Source: Pirellulales bacterium | GTDB taxonomy: Bacteria; Planctomycetota; Planctomycetia; Pirellulales; Lacipirellulaceae | Direction of reading: 5' to 3' | Assembly: GCA_040902605.1 (NCBI GenBank) | Contig: JBBDWY010000040.1 | Location: forward strand, 274-64,273 | Length of the DNA stretch: 64,000 bases | Program-made: the position numbers and the translations under genes | Notes under the pieces: generated by a model | Database searches by the model: none | Told to the model about the DNA's origin: nothing | The model's input: only the letters and a program-made list of their open reading frames with translations | Shown: piece after piece, positions 33,783 through 44,100 of the stretch | How the letters are laid out: every line of letters begins with the position of its first letter | Position numbering within the stretch: the stretch's first letter is position 1

Positions 33783-34511
33783 ATGAGACCGAGTACGATA
33801 CCCAGAAGTCGCGACTTATCGGAGGCTGCGGAGCGGCAAATGCGCATGTGGGCGCTGCGACTGGAATCGCAACAGCAGCGCGAGGCCCCGACGGCGGTCG
33901 AATCGCCGCGACAGTTGATCCATCCCTACATTGCGGTCTCCCGCGAGACGGGCGTCGATGCGGCCGAGGTCGCGCGGTCCATTGCTGCAAAACTGGGCTG
34001 GAAGGTCCTCGATAGCGAGCTGCTCGACTACATCGCCGAGCAGTATGGAGTATCTCGACTGGCGCTCGATTACGTGGATGAACGAGGCGCGTCCTGGTTC
34101 CACGACACGTTCGGCAAATGGCTCGATGAACAGTTGGTGTCCCAAGCCGAGTACGTGAGCCGCCTGGGCACGGTGGTCCTACTGGCGGCGCAGCATGAGA
34201 GCACGATCTTCGTCGGTCGCGGGGCCCAGTTCGTTCTGCCCCCCGAGGCCGGCCTATCTGTGCGTTTAATTGCGCCGCGGAAGCAGCGAATCCAGCGGAT
34301 CGCCGAGTTGCGGCAATGCAGTCAGCACGAAGCTGAAAAGTTTATCGAGGAGTCGGATAATGGCCGGGCCGAATTCGTCCGCCGCTACTTTCAGCGCGAC
34401 GTGGCCGATCCCCAGCTTTACGACCTGGTGATCAACCTGGAGCGCACCTCGCGCGAGTCGGCCACCGAGCTAATCCTCAACCACTACAGGCTGCGCTTCC
34501 GCGCCGGATGA
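33783..34511 (+). CDS. Cytidylate-kinase-like family protein (PF13189-type)
   Basis: The stretch ERQMRMWAL...YIAVSRETGVDAAEVARSIAAKLGWKVLDSELLDYIAE fits the family. The canonical GxxGxGK P-loop is degenerate, as is typical of this family. Confidence 0.7.
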   Translation: MRPSTIPRSRDLSEAAERQMRMWALRLESQQQREAPTAVESPRQLIHPYIAVSRETGVDAAEVARSIAAKLGWKVLDSELLDYIAEQYGVSRLALDYVDERGASWFHDTFGKWLDEQLVSQAEYVSRLGTVVLLAAQHESTIFVGRGAQFVLPPEAGLSVRLIAPRKQRIQRIAELRQCSQHEAEKFIEESDNGRAEFVRRYFQRDVADPQLYDLVINLERTSRESATELILNHYRLRFRAG

Positions 34512-34706
34512 TGCGACGTTCGCCGATGGGACAGGAATTACCGTGCCATTTGACTTTGGCAGATTATGAACTAAGTTTGCATTGTCCGCCCTCATCACTT
34601 TGGCATTCGCGACGCATGCCTCCTGCCCCGCCTGGCTAGCCGTCGCCTGCCCTGCCTCTGCATCACCGTCCGCATGGCACCAGCGCCCACCCGATACGAT
34701 TGTCGC

Positions 34707-35144
34707 ATGCGCACTCAATTGAACGGTTCGCCCGCTGTGGCGAGCGCCAATGACGGCCGGCGTGGGGCAGCCGCCGTTGAATTTGCTCTCGTGTCGCCGC
34801 TTCTGTTCCTGCTGTGCCTCGGGATGTTGGAATTCGGACGGATGATGATGGTCCAGGAAATTGTTACCAATGCAGCACGAGAGGGCGGCCGCAAAGCAAT
34901 CCTGCCTGGCGTAACGGATGGCGACGTCGCTTCGGCGGTCGACAGCTATTTCGCTACTTGCGGTATTTCGGGACACACAATCTCCGTCTTACCCAGCACG
35001 ACATCGGCCGCCGCCGGCACGCCAATCAAGGTCACCGCCAGCGTGCCCTACAACAATGTGAGCTGGTTACCGATAGGAAATCTCAAGTGGCTCCAAGGTA
35101 AGTCGGTGACGGCCGCGGTTGAAATGCGCAAGGAAGAGTACTGA
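34707..35144 (+). CDS. TadE/TadG-family pilus-assembly (pseudopilin-like) protein
   Basis: The TadE N-terminal motif GAAAVEFALVSPLLFLLCLGMLEFGR is present. The ORF opens at 34674. Confidence 0.8.
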   Translation: MRTQLNGSPAVASANDGRRGAAAVEFALVSPLLFLLCLGMLEFGRMMMVQEIVTNAAREGGRKAILPGVTDGDVASAVDSYFATCGISGHTISVLPSTTSAAAGTPIKVTASVPYNNVSWLPIGNLKWLQGKSVTAAVEMRKEEY

Positions 35145-35177
35145 CGTTGGAAGAATACTGACTTCAAAGGTGGCATC

Positions 35178-36422
35178 ATGACACGCAAATCGTCAAACCG
35201 GTTACGGCGTGGGGCGATCGTTCCACTGGTTGCCGTAATCCTTGTTGTGCTGATCGGCATGGTCGCCTTCTCGGTGGATATCGGCTATATCCTGGTAGCC
35301 AGAACCGAGGCTCAAAACGCCGCTGATTCGGCCGCCCTGGCTGGCATCGCGAGGCTCGCGGAGCAGTTGAAACGCGCCCCCGTCATCGGCGGTGTTCCTC
35401 TTCAGACTGCCGGCGACCTCCAACGGGTCCGTGACGAGGTCAAGGCCTTCGCGCGGCGAAACGCAGTTCGGTCCAACGCACCGGAGCTTCTCGACGCCGA
35501 CATCGAGATCGGCTACATGGCAACTCCCTATGACCACCGCGACGACACGTTAGACAAAACTGGTTGGCCGGCGCGACCCTATAACGCTGTGCGCGTCGTG
35601 GTGGCCCGCGACAGCAGCCACGCAGGCGGCCCGCTCGATTTGTTCTTCGCTCCAGTTCTCGGCACAGACCAGGCCAATACGCGCGCCTCGGCGACGACCG
35701 CCATTACGATGGGCTCCATTCACCCGCGCGGCAATCATGGACCGTACCGCGGCGGCATCCTTCCCTTTACCTTTCAAGTGGACGAATGGAACGCGCTCCT
35801 GGGAGCCAATTCAACGGGAAAAGTGCTGGCTGCCAATGGCGCAACGATCACGCTCACCGACAATTTTACGGTCGATCCGCAAAGCACCGGACCCGGCGGA
35901 GTGCACAGCGGCGGCGATGGAAGATTCGAAGTGTGCATGTACCCGAACGGCACCACGAGTGGGAACTATGGCACCATCAATTTCAGCAAGACCAAGGCCG
36001 GCAACAGCACGAACGTGCTTCGCGACTTGATCGTCAACGGCCCCGCTGAGGCCGACTGGCCGGACCTGCCCGATATCCTGGCCGCCACGCACGGCAAACC
36101 GGTCGGTGTCAACGGCGACCCCGGGCTGAGCGCAGGGATGGCGCCGGCCGTTGAAGCCATCGTCGGCGAATCCCGCATCTTGCCGCTCTATTCCACCGTC
36201 GCCGGCCAAGGTAACAACACGTATTACGAGATTGTCGGCTTCACCCCAATCACGATCGTGAAAGTCGAGTTTCAAGGCAGCCAAAAATCCGCGATCATGA
36301 TCCAACCGGATATTGTCAGTCTCAAAAGCTTCGTCGGGGACGGGAACCAGCTCTACTTCGATGTCAGCCCCGGCACCGACCCGTACGCGCTATATCTGGG
36401 TGCCCGCGCGTTAGTCCGCTGA
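35178..36422 (+). CDS. TadG-like (putative Flp pilus-assembly TadE/G-like, PF13400) protein
   Basis: The N-terminus reads RRGAIVPLVAVILVVLIGMVAFSVDIGYILVARTEAQNAADSAALAG. Confidence 0.75.
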   Translation: MTRKSSNRLRRGAIVPLVAVILVVLIGMVAFSVDIGYILVARTEAQNAADSAALAGIARLAEQLKRAPVIGGVPLQTAGDLQRVRDEVKAFARRNAVRSNAPELLDADIEIGYMATPYDHRDDTLDKTGWPARPYNAVRVVVARDSSHAGGPLDLFFAPVLGTDQANTRASATTAITMGSIHPRGNHGPYRGGILPFTFQVDEWNALLGANSTGKVLAANGATITLTDNFTVDPQSTGPGGVHSGGDGRFEVCMYPNGTTSGNYGTINFSKTKAGNSTNVLRDLIVNGPAEADWPDLPDILAATHGKPVGVNGDPGLSAGMAPAVEAIVGESRILPLYSTVAGQGNNTYYEIVGFTPITIVKVEFQGSQKSAIMIQPDIVSLKSFVGDGNQLYFDVSPGTDPYALYLGARALVR

Positions 36423-36516
36423 TGCTAATTCGATGGTTGCAATTGCTAGTTGATAGTGGCAGCAACCCGCCTTAGAGTTCGATCTGCATTGCCGCATACC
36501 GGCAACTTGCCCGTTA

Positions 36517-37992
36517 TCACGCCATAATTTCGTGCAGCACTCGGGCCGGTTTAACGCCGGTCAGCTTTTCGTCGAGGCCGCGGAACGAATAAGTGAGCTG
36601 CGCGTGTTTGAGGCCGAGGAGCTGGAGCAAGGTTGCGTGAAAGTCGCGGACGTGGACCGGATTTGCGACAGGGACATAGCCGATCGGGTCCGTTTCGCCG
36701 TAGCTGAAGCCCGGCTTCACTCCACCTCCGGCGAGCCAGATGGTGAAGGCGTCCGGATGATGATCGCGGCCGATGAACGGCATCTGCTGGCCGCCGCGGT
36801 TCTCGCGCATTGGTGTGCGGCCGAATTCACCGCCCCAGACGACAAGCGTGTCCTCCAGTAGTCCTCGTTGCTCGAGATCAATGAGGAGTGCTGCAGTGGC
36901 CTGATCGATTTGCCGGCACTTGTCTTGGAAGCCGGCGTTGAGGGCTTCGTCGGCGGAGGCGCCGTGAGAATCCCAGCCCCAATCGAACAATTGCACAAAT
37001 CGCACGCCGCGTTCCACCAGTCGTCGCGCAAGCAGGCAATTGTTGGCGAAACTCTCCTGGCCTGGCGCGGTGCCGTACAGCTCGTGGATGTGCGGCGGCT
37101 CCTGGGAGATATCGACCGCATCGGTGGCGGCCATTTGCATGCGGAATGCCATTTCGTACTGCGCGATGCGGGTTATGGTCTGTGGATCGCCGAACTCCTC
37201 GAAGGTCCGCTGGTTGATGCGCTCCAAGGTGTCGATCATGTCGCCGCGAAGTTCGCGGCTGATACCGGCCGGGTTGGAAAGAAACAGCACTGGTTCTCCG
37301 TGTGAACGGCACTGCACGCCTTGATAAACAGAAGGCAGGAAGCCGGGGCCCCACAAACTTTTGCCGCCGCTGGGGAAACGGCCGCCAGAGAGCAGCACGA
37401 CGAACCCGGGCAGGTTTTCATTCTCGCTGCCCAGCCCATACGTCGCCCAACTGCCGATCGAGGCATACCCGAGGTTTTGATTGCCCGTGTGGACCAGTAG
37501 CTCTGCGGGCGCATGATTGAACTGGTCTGAGTGCATCGTGCGAATGAAGCACACCTTATCGACAATTCTCTGGAAGTGCGGCAGCCGATCGGAAATCCAA
37601 CACCCAGCCTCGCCGACCTGCCGGAAGGGGTAGACCGGTCCCAGAAGCTGCGGCACCCCTCGGATGAAGGCAAAGCGCTTCCCCTCGAGAAATTGTTGCG
37701 GGCAGTCGCGGCCATCGAGCGCCTTGAGTTCCGGCTTGTACTCGAACAATTCGAGCTGGCTGGGCGCCCCGGACATGTGCAAGTAAATGACTCGCTTTGC
37801 TTTGGGGGCGAGATGCGCCGCGCGGGGCGCGAAAGGCGTGGCCGGATTGCGTGCGCTGTCGATTGGCGACGCGGATGCACTCGAGTGCACACCGCACCAC
37901 AGCGCTGCCAATCCACCGAGCGACTCCTTCAGGAAGTGCCGGCGGGTCGCCTGCTCAGTGGCGGCCATACGAATTGGGTGCAGCGCGTTCAT
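36517..37992 (-). CDS. DUF1501 domain protein with a twin-arginine signal
   Basis: A Tat-like TRRHFLKESLGG motif and DUF1501 blocks (RFVQLF, WDSH, GEFGRTP) are present. Its start overlaps the upstream PSCyt gene stop by 4 nt. Confidence 0.9.
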   Translation of the reverse strand: MNALHPIRMAATEQATRRHFLKESLGGLAALWCGVHSSASASPIDSARNPATPFAPRAAHLAPKAKRVIYLHMSGAPSQLELFEYKPELKALDGRDCPQQFLEGKRFAFIRGVPQLLGPVYPFRQVGEAGCWISDRLPHFQRIVDKVCFIRTMHSDQFNHAPAELLVHTGNQNLGYASIGSWATYGLGSENENLPGFVVLLSGGRFPSGGKSLWGPGFLPSVYQGVQCRSHGEPVLFLSNPAGISRELRGDMIDTLERINQRTFEEFGDPQTITRIAQYEMAFRMQMAATDAVDISQEPPHIHELYGTAPGQESFANNCLLARRLVERGVRFVQLFDWGWDSHGASADEALNAGFQDKCRQIDQATAALLIDLEQRGLLEDTLVVWGGEFGRTPMRENRGGQQMPFIGRDHHPDAFTIWLAGGGVKPGFSYGETDPIGYVPVANPVHVRDFHATLLQLLGLKHAQLTYSFRGLDEKLTGVKPARVLHEIMA

Positions 37993-40973
37993 TTCGTCAA
38001 TAGCTCGTCGAGATTCAGGATGGCGCTGGCCACAACGGCCAACGCAGCATGCTCGGGTGTCAGGCCCAGTTTTTTTGCGGCGTCCTGATCAGCCATGTAA
38101 AGGTCGCGGGCCTTCTCGAGCAAATTCACAAGATCTTCAAGGGTGCCTGGCGCGGGCGGCCGGCCAGCCGACGTTTGATAAGCCCATGCAATTCTGTCGG
38201 CCGCTTCCTCGCCGCCTTCGTTCATCATTCGGCCGGCCAGTCCAACGGCACATTCGACGTACGCCTCGTCGTTGAGCGTGACCAAAGCTTGCAGCGGCGT
38301 ATTGGTTGTGATCCGCCGGATGGTGCAGACTTCACGGCTAGGCATATCGAAGGTAATCATGCTGGGGTAACCGCTAGTGCGCTTCCAGTACGTGTAGATT
38401 GCCCGTCGATAACGGTTCTCGTCGGTCGCGGTCTCCCACTTGGCACTCGAATACACGCTTTGCCAAATGCCTTCTGGTTGAGGCGGCATGACCGGCGCGC
38501 CATACATTTTCGGCGCGAACCGGCCCGAAAGCACAAGCGCTTGATCGCGGACCATTTCCGCCCGTAAACGCAACCGCGGACCTCGGGACAACAAGCGGTT
38601 TTGCGGGTCGGCTGCGAGGCGGTCCGGCGTGATGCGCGAACTTTGCCGATACGTCGCTGACAGCACGATCTCTCGAAGTAATTGCTTGAGATGCCACCCA
38701 TGTTCGTTTTGGAAGCGCAGGGCCAGATGATCGAGCAGCTCGGGGTGGGATGGACGTGTGCCCGACGTGCCAAAATCCTCCTCCGTTTCCACGATGCCCA
38801 TACCGAATAATTGGGCCCACACACGGTTGACCATCACGCGCGCCGTAAGCGGATTCTCTTTCGATACAAGCCAACGGGCCATCGTTAGCCGATTGGGAGG
38901 CGAGCCGGCGGGGAGCTTCGGCAAAATGCCCGGCGTGTTCGGCTCCACCTCCTCGCCCTTATCGAGCCAGAGGCCCCGAGTAAAAACAAATGTGGACCGC
39001 CGCGTGTGCTCCGGCAGCTCCTCCATCACCGGAACGGAAACGCTAGGAAGCTCCTGCGCGAGCTTTTTCAACTTTGCCAGTTCGCGCTGCTCGGAGATGA
39101 ATTTCTCCGACTGCTGCAACTGGATCCAATCGTCGCTGGGCGAGACCGAATATCGACCACGGCCGATCACGAGCGGAACGTCGCCGGAAGTCGCGCGGTC
39201 TTGCTGCAGCTCGATACGAATGCGGCTGCCCGGCGTGATCGAAATCGGCGTATCGAGCAAGAACACCGCGAAGCGCGACCGCCATTGCCGGCTGTAACTG
39301 GCCCAGCCGACGTTATCATCCTGCAGTGAGTCGGCCGGATCGAGCAGGGGTTCAGCTTCATCGCAAAACGCGTGCTTAAAATCCAGCTCGACCGGCGGGC
39401 CGTCGTTGACAGGCAACAGAGTGGCCTTTACTCGCGATAATACAAATCCCAATTCAGGTGAGCGGCGCGCGGATTTGGGATCGCGCAGGAGTGCGTCGAT
39501 CCGCAGAGCGGTCATCTGCTGCAAACTCTCGGGAAGGGGCGCCTCAAGGGTAAATCTGGATTTGATCGTGACGGCGCCATCCGTCACCACTTCGGTCGCA
39601 ATTCTCCCATCGCCATCATCCTGCTCCCGAATCTGCAATCGTGTGTTCCCCGTCGAATTCGCTCGGTCGATGGGCAGATTGCGCCACAGATTGAAGTCCT
39701 CGGCGAGCGGTTTCACCTGCTCGTGCATGATGCGCCGCAGCTGCGAGAGACGCTGAGAAGTCTCCGCCGCACGCGCGTGATCTTTTCGATCCAGCGGAAC
39801 GTCCAGCCTCGGCAAGTCCTCATCCACGTCGCCGTCACGCGTGTCGTTGAACAGCGCCATGAACCGATAATACTCGTCGTGTCGGATTGGATCGTAGGGA
39901 TGTGCATGGCACTGAATACAACCAAATGTCGTCGCCTGCCAAACTTGCCACGTAGTGTTCACGCGGTCGATGACGGCGGCGACGCGAAACTCTTCATCAT
40001 CGGTGCCTCCCTCCGTATTGGTCTGCGTATTGCGGTGGAAGGCGGTGGCCAGCCGGTCGTCGACGGTGGGTTCGTCGAGCAGGTCGCCTGCCAATTGTTT
40101 GATCGTGAATTGATCGTAAGGCATATCCTCGTTGAACGCGCGGATCACCCAGTCGCGATACGGCCAGATCTCGCGGTGTGGGTCTGCTTCGTAACCGGTC
40201 GTGTCGGCATAGCGGGCCAGGTCGAGCCACACCGAGGTCCAGCGTTCGCCGAAGTGAGGCGAGGCGAGCAATCGATCCGCCACTCGCTCGTGGGCGCGCG
40301 GATCCTCGTCGGCCAGGAACTCCTCGATATCCTCCAGCGCCGGCGGCAATCCAACGAGGTCGAACGACACGCGGCGCAGCCACTCAACCCGCTCGGCCGA
40401 TGGTGATGGCTCCAGCCCCGCCGTTTCGAGGCGGGCCAGGACATAGTAGTCCAATGGCTTGACACACCACTCGGGTCGACGAACCTCCGGCGGCGGCGCT
40501 CCGCGCGGCGGCACAAACGCCCAAGGCAATTCCCACTCGGCGCCTTGCGCAATCCACTGTTTCAACCGCTCGATTTCCACGGCCGAAAGAGGCGGTCCAT
40601 GCTCCGCTGGCGGCATGCGAGACTCTGGGTCAGGATCGGTGATGCGCTCAACTAGATACGAAGCTTCCGGATCGCCGGGCACCACAGCTGGCGCGCCGGA
40701 CTCGCCGCCCGCCATCACGTTTTCGCGATACACGAAGGACAATCCGCTCGTCTGCTTCACACCGCCGTGGCACGCGACACAGTGCTCGGCAAAGATCGGC
40801 CGAATATCTTCGTTGAAACGTACGCGCTCGGTTTCGGCCGCGGTGGTCGGGCACGCGGCTAGGACGGCGCCGGCAAGTAGGAGCGCTACGAGCCATCGTT
40901 TTGACCACTCAAGCGCTGACGGGCCACGCAATGACGGATACACGCGCCAAAAACACGAATCCGAAAGCATCAT
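37989..40973 (-). CDS. PSCyt1 + DUF1549 + DUF1553 domain protein (994 aa)
   Basis: CVACHG lies near the N-terminus. The DUF1549 core reads VWLDLARYADTTGY. A central CIQCHAHPYDP motif is present. Confidence 0.9.
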   Translation of the reverse strand: MMLSDSCFWRVYPSLRGPSALEWSKRWLVALLLAGAVLAACPTTAAETERVRFNEDIRPIFAEHCVACHGGVKQTSGLSFVYRENVMAGGESGAPAVVPGDPEASYLVERITDPDPESRMPPAEHGPPLSAVEIERLKQWIAQGAEWELPWAFVPPRGAPPPEVRRPEWCVKPLDYYVLARLETAGLEPSPSAERVEWLRRVSFDLVGLPPALEDIEEFLADEDPRAHERVADRLLASPHFGERWTSVWLDLARYADTTGYEADPHREIWPYRDWVIRAFNEDMPYDQFTIKQLAGDLLDEPTVDDRLATAFHRNTQTNTEGGTDDEEFRVAAVIDRVNTTWQVWQATTFGCIQCHAHPYDPIRHDEYYRFMALFNDTRDGDVDEDLPRLDVPLDRKDHARAAETSQRLSQLRRIMHEQVKPLAEDFNLWRNLPIDRANSTGNTRLQIREQDDGDGRIATEVVTDGAVTIKSRFTLEAPLPESLQQMTALRIDALLRDPKSARRSPELGFVLSRVKATLLPVNDGPPVELDFKHAFCDEAEPLLDPADSLQDDNVGWASYSRQWRSRFAVFLLDTPISITPGSRIRIELQQDRATSGDVPLVIGRGRYSVSPSDDWIQLQQSEKFISEQRELAKLKKLAQELPSVSVPVMEELPEHTRRSTFVFTRGLWLDKGEEVEPNTPGILPKLPAGSPPNRLTMARWLVSKENPLTARVMVNRVWAQLFGMGIVETEEDFGTSGTRPSHPELLDHLALRFQNEHGWHLKQLLREIVLSATYRQSSRITPDRLAADPQNRLLSRGPRLRLRAEMVRDQALVLSGRFAPKMYGAPVMPPQPEGIWQSVYSSAKWETATDENRYRRAIYTYWKRTSGYPSMITFDMPSREVCTIRRITTNTPLQALVTLNDEAYVECAVGLAGRMMNEGGEEAADRIAWAYQTSAGRPPAPGTLEDLVNLLEKARDLYMADQDAAKKLGLTPEHAALAVVASAILNLDELLTK

Positions 40974-41113
40974 GATTGAGGGAAATAGTGCGGGAGCGTC
41001 CCAATGCTCATTATACTAGATACTATATATTCGACATTTCGAAGCCGGTTGCAACGTTGCCGGTGCAAGGTAAGTGAATCGGCACGATAGAGGCGGCCGA
41101 ATCCCGATGGACA

Positions 41114-44100
41114 ATGAAAATGCCGTTCGGATTTACGGGGATTCAGTGTGGTGTGCGGCGTTTAATGGGCCCGATCATTGTTTGCGCACTTTTTGTTGGC
41201 GTCGGCCGAAGCGTTTGGATGGCAGCGACGGCCGAGCCTTCGAGCGGAGGGTCGTTGGACCGCTCATCAGAGCCCGGTCTGAAACGCACATCGCGGACGC
41301 AAACAGGGCGTCCCCAAAATCCTGTCTTGCATGTGCCAACTGGGTTTGTTGTCGAGCGCGTGGCCGACGACCTCGAAATTCGGTTTCCGATGTTCGGCGC
41401 ATTCGCCGACGACGGCCGGTTGTTCGTGGCCGAATCGTCGGGCCGCGATCTGCACGCCGAGCTCAAAGCCGGCGCGCGTAACAGCCGCATTCGAGTTTTG
41501 GACGACGTTGACGGCGACGGCCGATTCGATACGGCACAGGTCTTTGTCGACAAGCTTGTCTGTCCCATGGGCCTGGCTTGGCGCGACGGCAAGTTGTATG
41601 TGGCCGACCCGCCGGATGTCGTTGTATTTACCGATGATGACGCCGATGGTCGTGCCGACGAGCGCAAGGTAATTCTTAGCGGCTTCGGCCACGCGACAAA
41701 CGGCAGTTTACATGGTTTAGTCTTTGGCCCGGATGGCCTGCTGTACATGACGATGGGAAGTCCCGACGGGTATGCACTTAAGCGAGCGGACGGCACCATC
41801 CTGGAAGGCGACAGCGGGGCGCTGATCCGCTCGACGCCGGAGGGACGCAATCCCGAGGTGCTCTGCCGCGGATTCGTCAACCTCATTGAAGTCGCATTTA
41901 CGGCGCGTGGCGACATCATCGGCACGGACAATTGGTTTCAGCAGCCAGCGGGTGGTATTCGGGATGCATTGGTGCACCTCGTCGACGGCGGATTGTACCC
42001 GTATCTTGCCGACACTGGCACTCGCTACCCAATGACGGGAATACAGCTTCCGCCCGTAGCGTTGTATCCGGCCGTGGCCGTCAGCGGGCTTGTGTGTTAC
42101 GAAGGTCGAATGTTTCCCGACGCGATGCGCGGAAATCTTTTTACTGCCCAATTCAATGCCCGCAAGGTGGTCCGTCACGCGCTCGTGCCATCCGGTTCGA
42201 CGTTTCGCACGGCGGATGAAGACTTCGTCACCACGGATGACCCCGATTTTCATCCCTCCGACGTGGTTGAATCTGCGGACGGCAGCCTCATCGTAATCGA
42301 TACCGGGAGTTGGTACGTACAGCATTGCCCAACCGGGCGAATTCGCGACGTCGAGGCACCGGGCGGAATTTATCGCGTTCGCTTCGCGGCTACTCCGCAG
42401 ATGGACGATCCGTGGGGGAAGCGCATCCACCTTATGGGCAAGACACCTGAACAGCTCGCCGAACTTTTGAATGATCCCCGGCCCGTGGTGCGAAAGCGCG
42501 CGGAGCGCGCACTCGGAAGCGGGGGGCCGGCTTGCGTGCGTGTGCTGATCGCGATCTTGGAGCGTTCGGCCTCGGTCACCGCCAAACAGCACGCCATTTG
42601 GGCTTTGGCGGCAAACGGCGATGCGTCGGCGATAGAGCCGCTGCGCAAGGCACTGGATGGCACAGACGCGAATGTCGTCATCACGGCAATCCGGGCGTTG
42701 GCGTCGCGCGGCGATTATTTGAGCAGCACAAACCTGGAGCGTTTGCTAATTCATCGCGCGCCCGCGGTGCGGCTGGCGGCTGCGGAAGCCTTGGCTCGCG
42801 TGGGAAATCCGTCAGCGATTCCTGTCCTGTGGGAGGCGCTCGGTGTAGAAAGCGATCCATTTGTGGCGCATGCCGTAGTTCATGCGGCCCACCGGCTCGC
42901 CGACCACACGGCCTTGCAGCAAGCGCTGAAGCACCCAAATCCAAAAGTTCAGACAGCAGCTTTGCGGCTATTGGATCAGCCGCCTCGGCCGTCAGATGCG
43001 CTGGATCACGCGGTTGTAATTAGTCGGCTGGATTCGCGAAACACTCAATTGCGTCGAGCGGCCCGCGAGATCCTTGCCGGCCATCCCGAATGGGCAGGTC
43101 ATGCCGTCGATTTTCTCCGTGCATTGGCGGCGCAGCCCGTGCTTTCGGAAGAGGATCTCACGGACCTGGCCGATCTAGTGCTCGCCTTCCAGGATCAGAA
43201 ACGAGTGCAGGAAGTTGTTGCGGCGGCGGTCCGTAATGAAGGCGGCAAGATTCCCGACGAACGGCGGGCAATGCTGCTGGGAATAATCAGTCGTTCGACG
43301 TTGGCCAACGTTCCTCGGGTTTGGATCGACGCGCTTGTGGCGGCGGTGGAGAGCGGGCCGCCGGAAGTCCGGCTTGCCGCCGTGCGCTGTGCCTCGGTCC
43401 TGCGCATACGTGACTTGGACGATCGACTGGACCGGTTGGCGAACTCTCCAAATGAGTTGATCGAGCTGCGCCGGGAAGCGTTGCGAGCGATCGTATCGAG
43501 GCGACCGACCCTTGGGGCAGAGGCATTCCGCCTGCTGCTGGACGACCTCTCGAACGATACGGATCCGTTGCCGCGCCTGGCTGCGGGGGAAGTGTTTGGC
43601 AATACCCGGCTCGATCGCACGCAGTTGGCCGCGCTGCTTCACCTAATTCAAGGTGATGCCCTCATCACGCCATCTGTATTGCTGCCGATGCTCGAACGCT
43701 CAACAACCCTTCAGACAGCACCCATTGTGCTCGATTACCTGGAAGGCGCTGTGGGCGGTGGCTGGCGCCCCCCGGCTGACAGGGTTGAGAATCTGTTCGA
43801 CGCGCTTGGCGAACCGGAACGCACGCGACTGGAGTCCGCACTTCAGGCGGCGACGCGAAACACAACAGATGGGCAAACACGGCTGGCCAAGTTCATCCCG
43901 CTTCTGGAAAGGGGGAACGCGGCACGGCGGCGGGCCGTCTTTCTTTCCAACAAGGTGGCCTGCTCGACTTGCCACCGCGTGGGAAGCGATGGAGGGCAGA
44001 TCGGCCCTGACCTAACCACGATCGGAGCGACCCGTGCGGGGCGCGACATAATCGAGTCGATTGTATTTCCAAGCTCGACGATTGCGCAGGAATTCGAACA

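Noticed and set aside
34512-34706. A search for a short Flp-type pilin gene upstream of TadE.
   Set aside because: The only ATG-initiated frame is about 36 codons (MGQELPCHLTLADYELS...). It has no hydrophobic segment and no G/XXXXEY processing motif.
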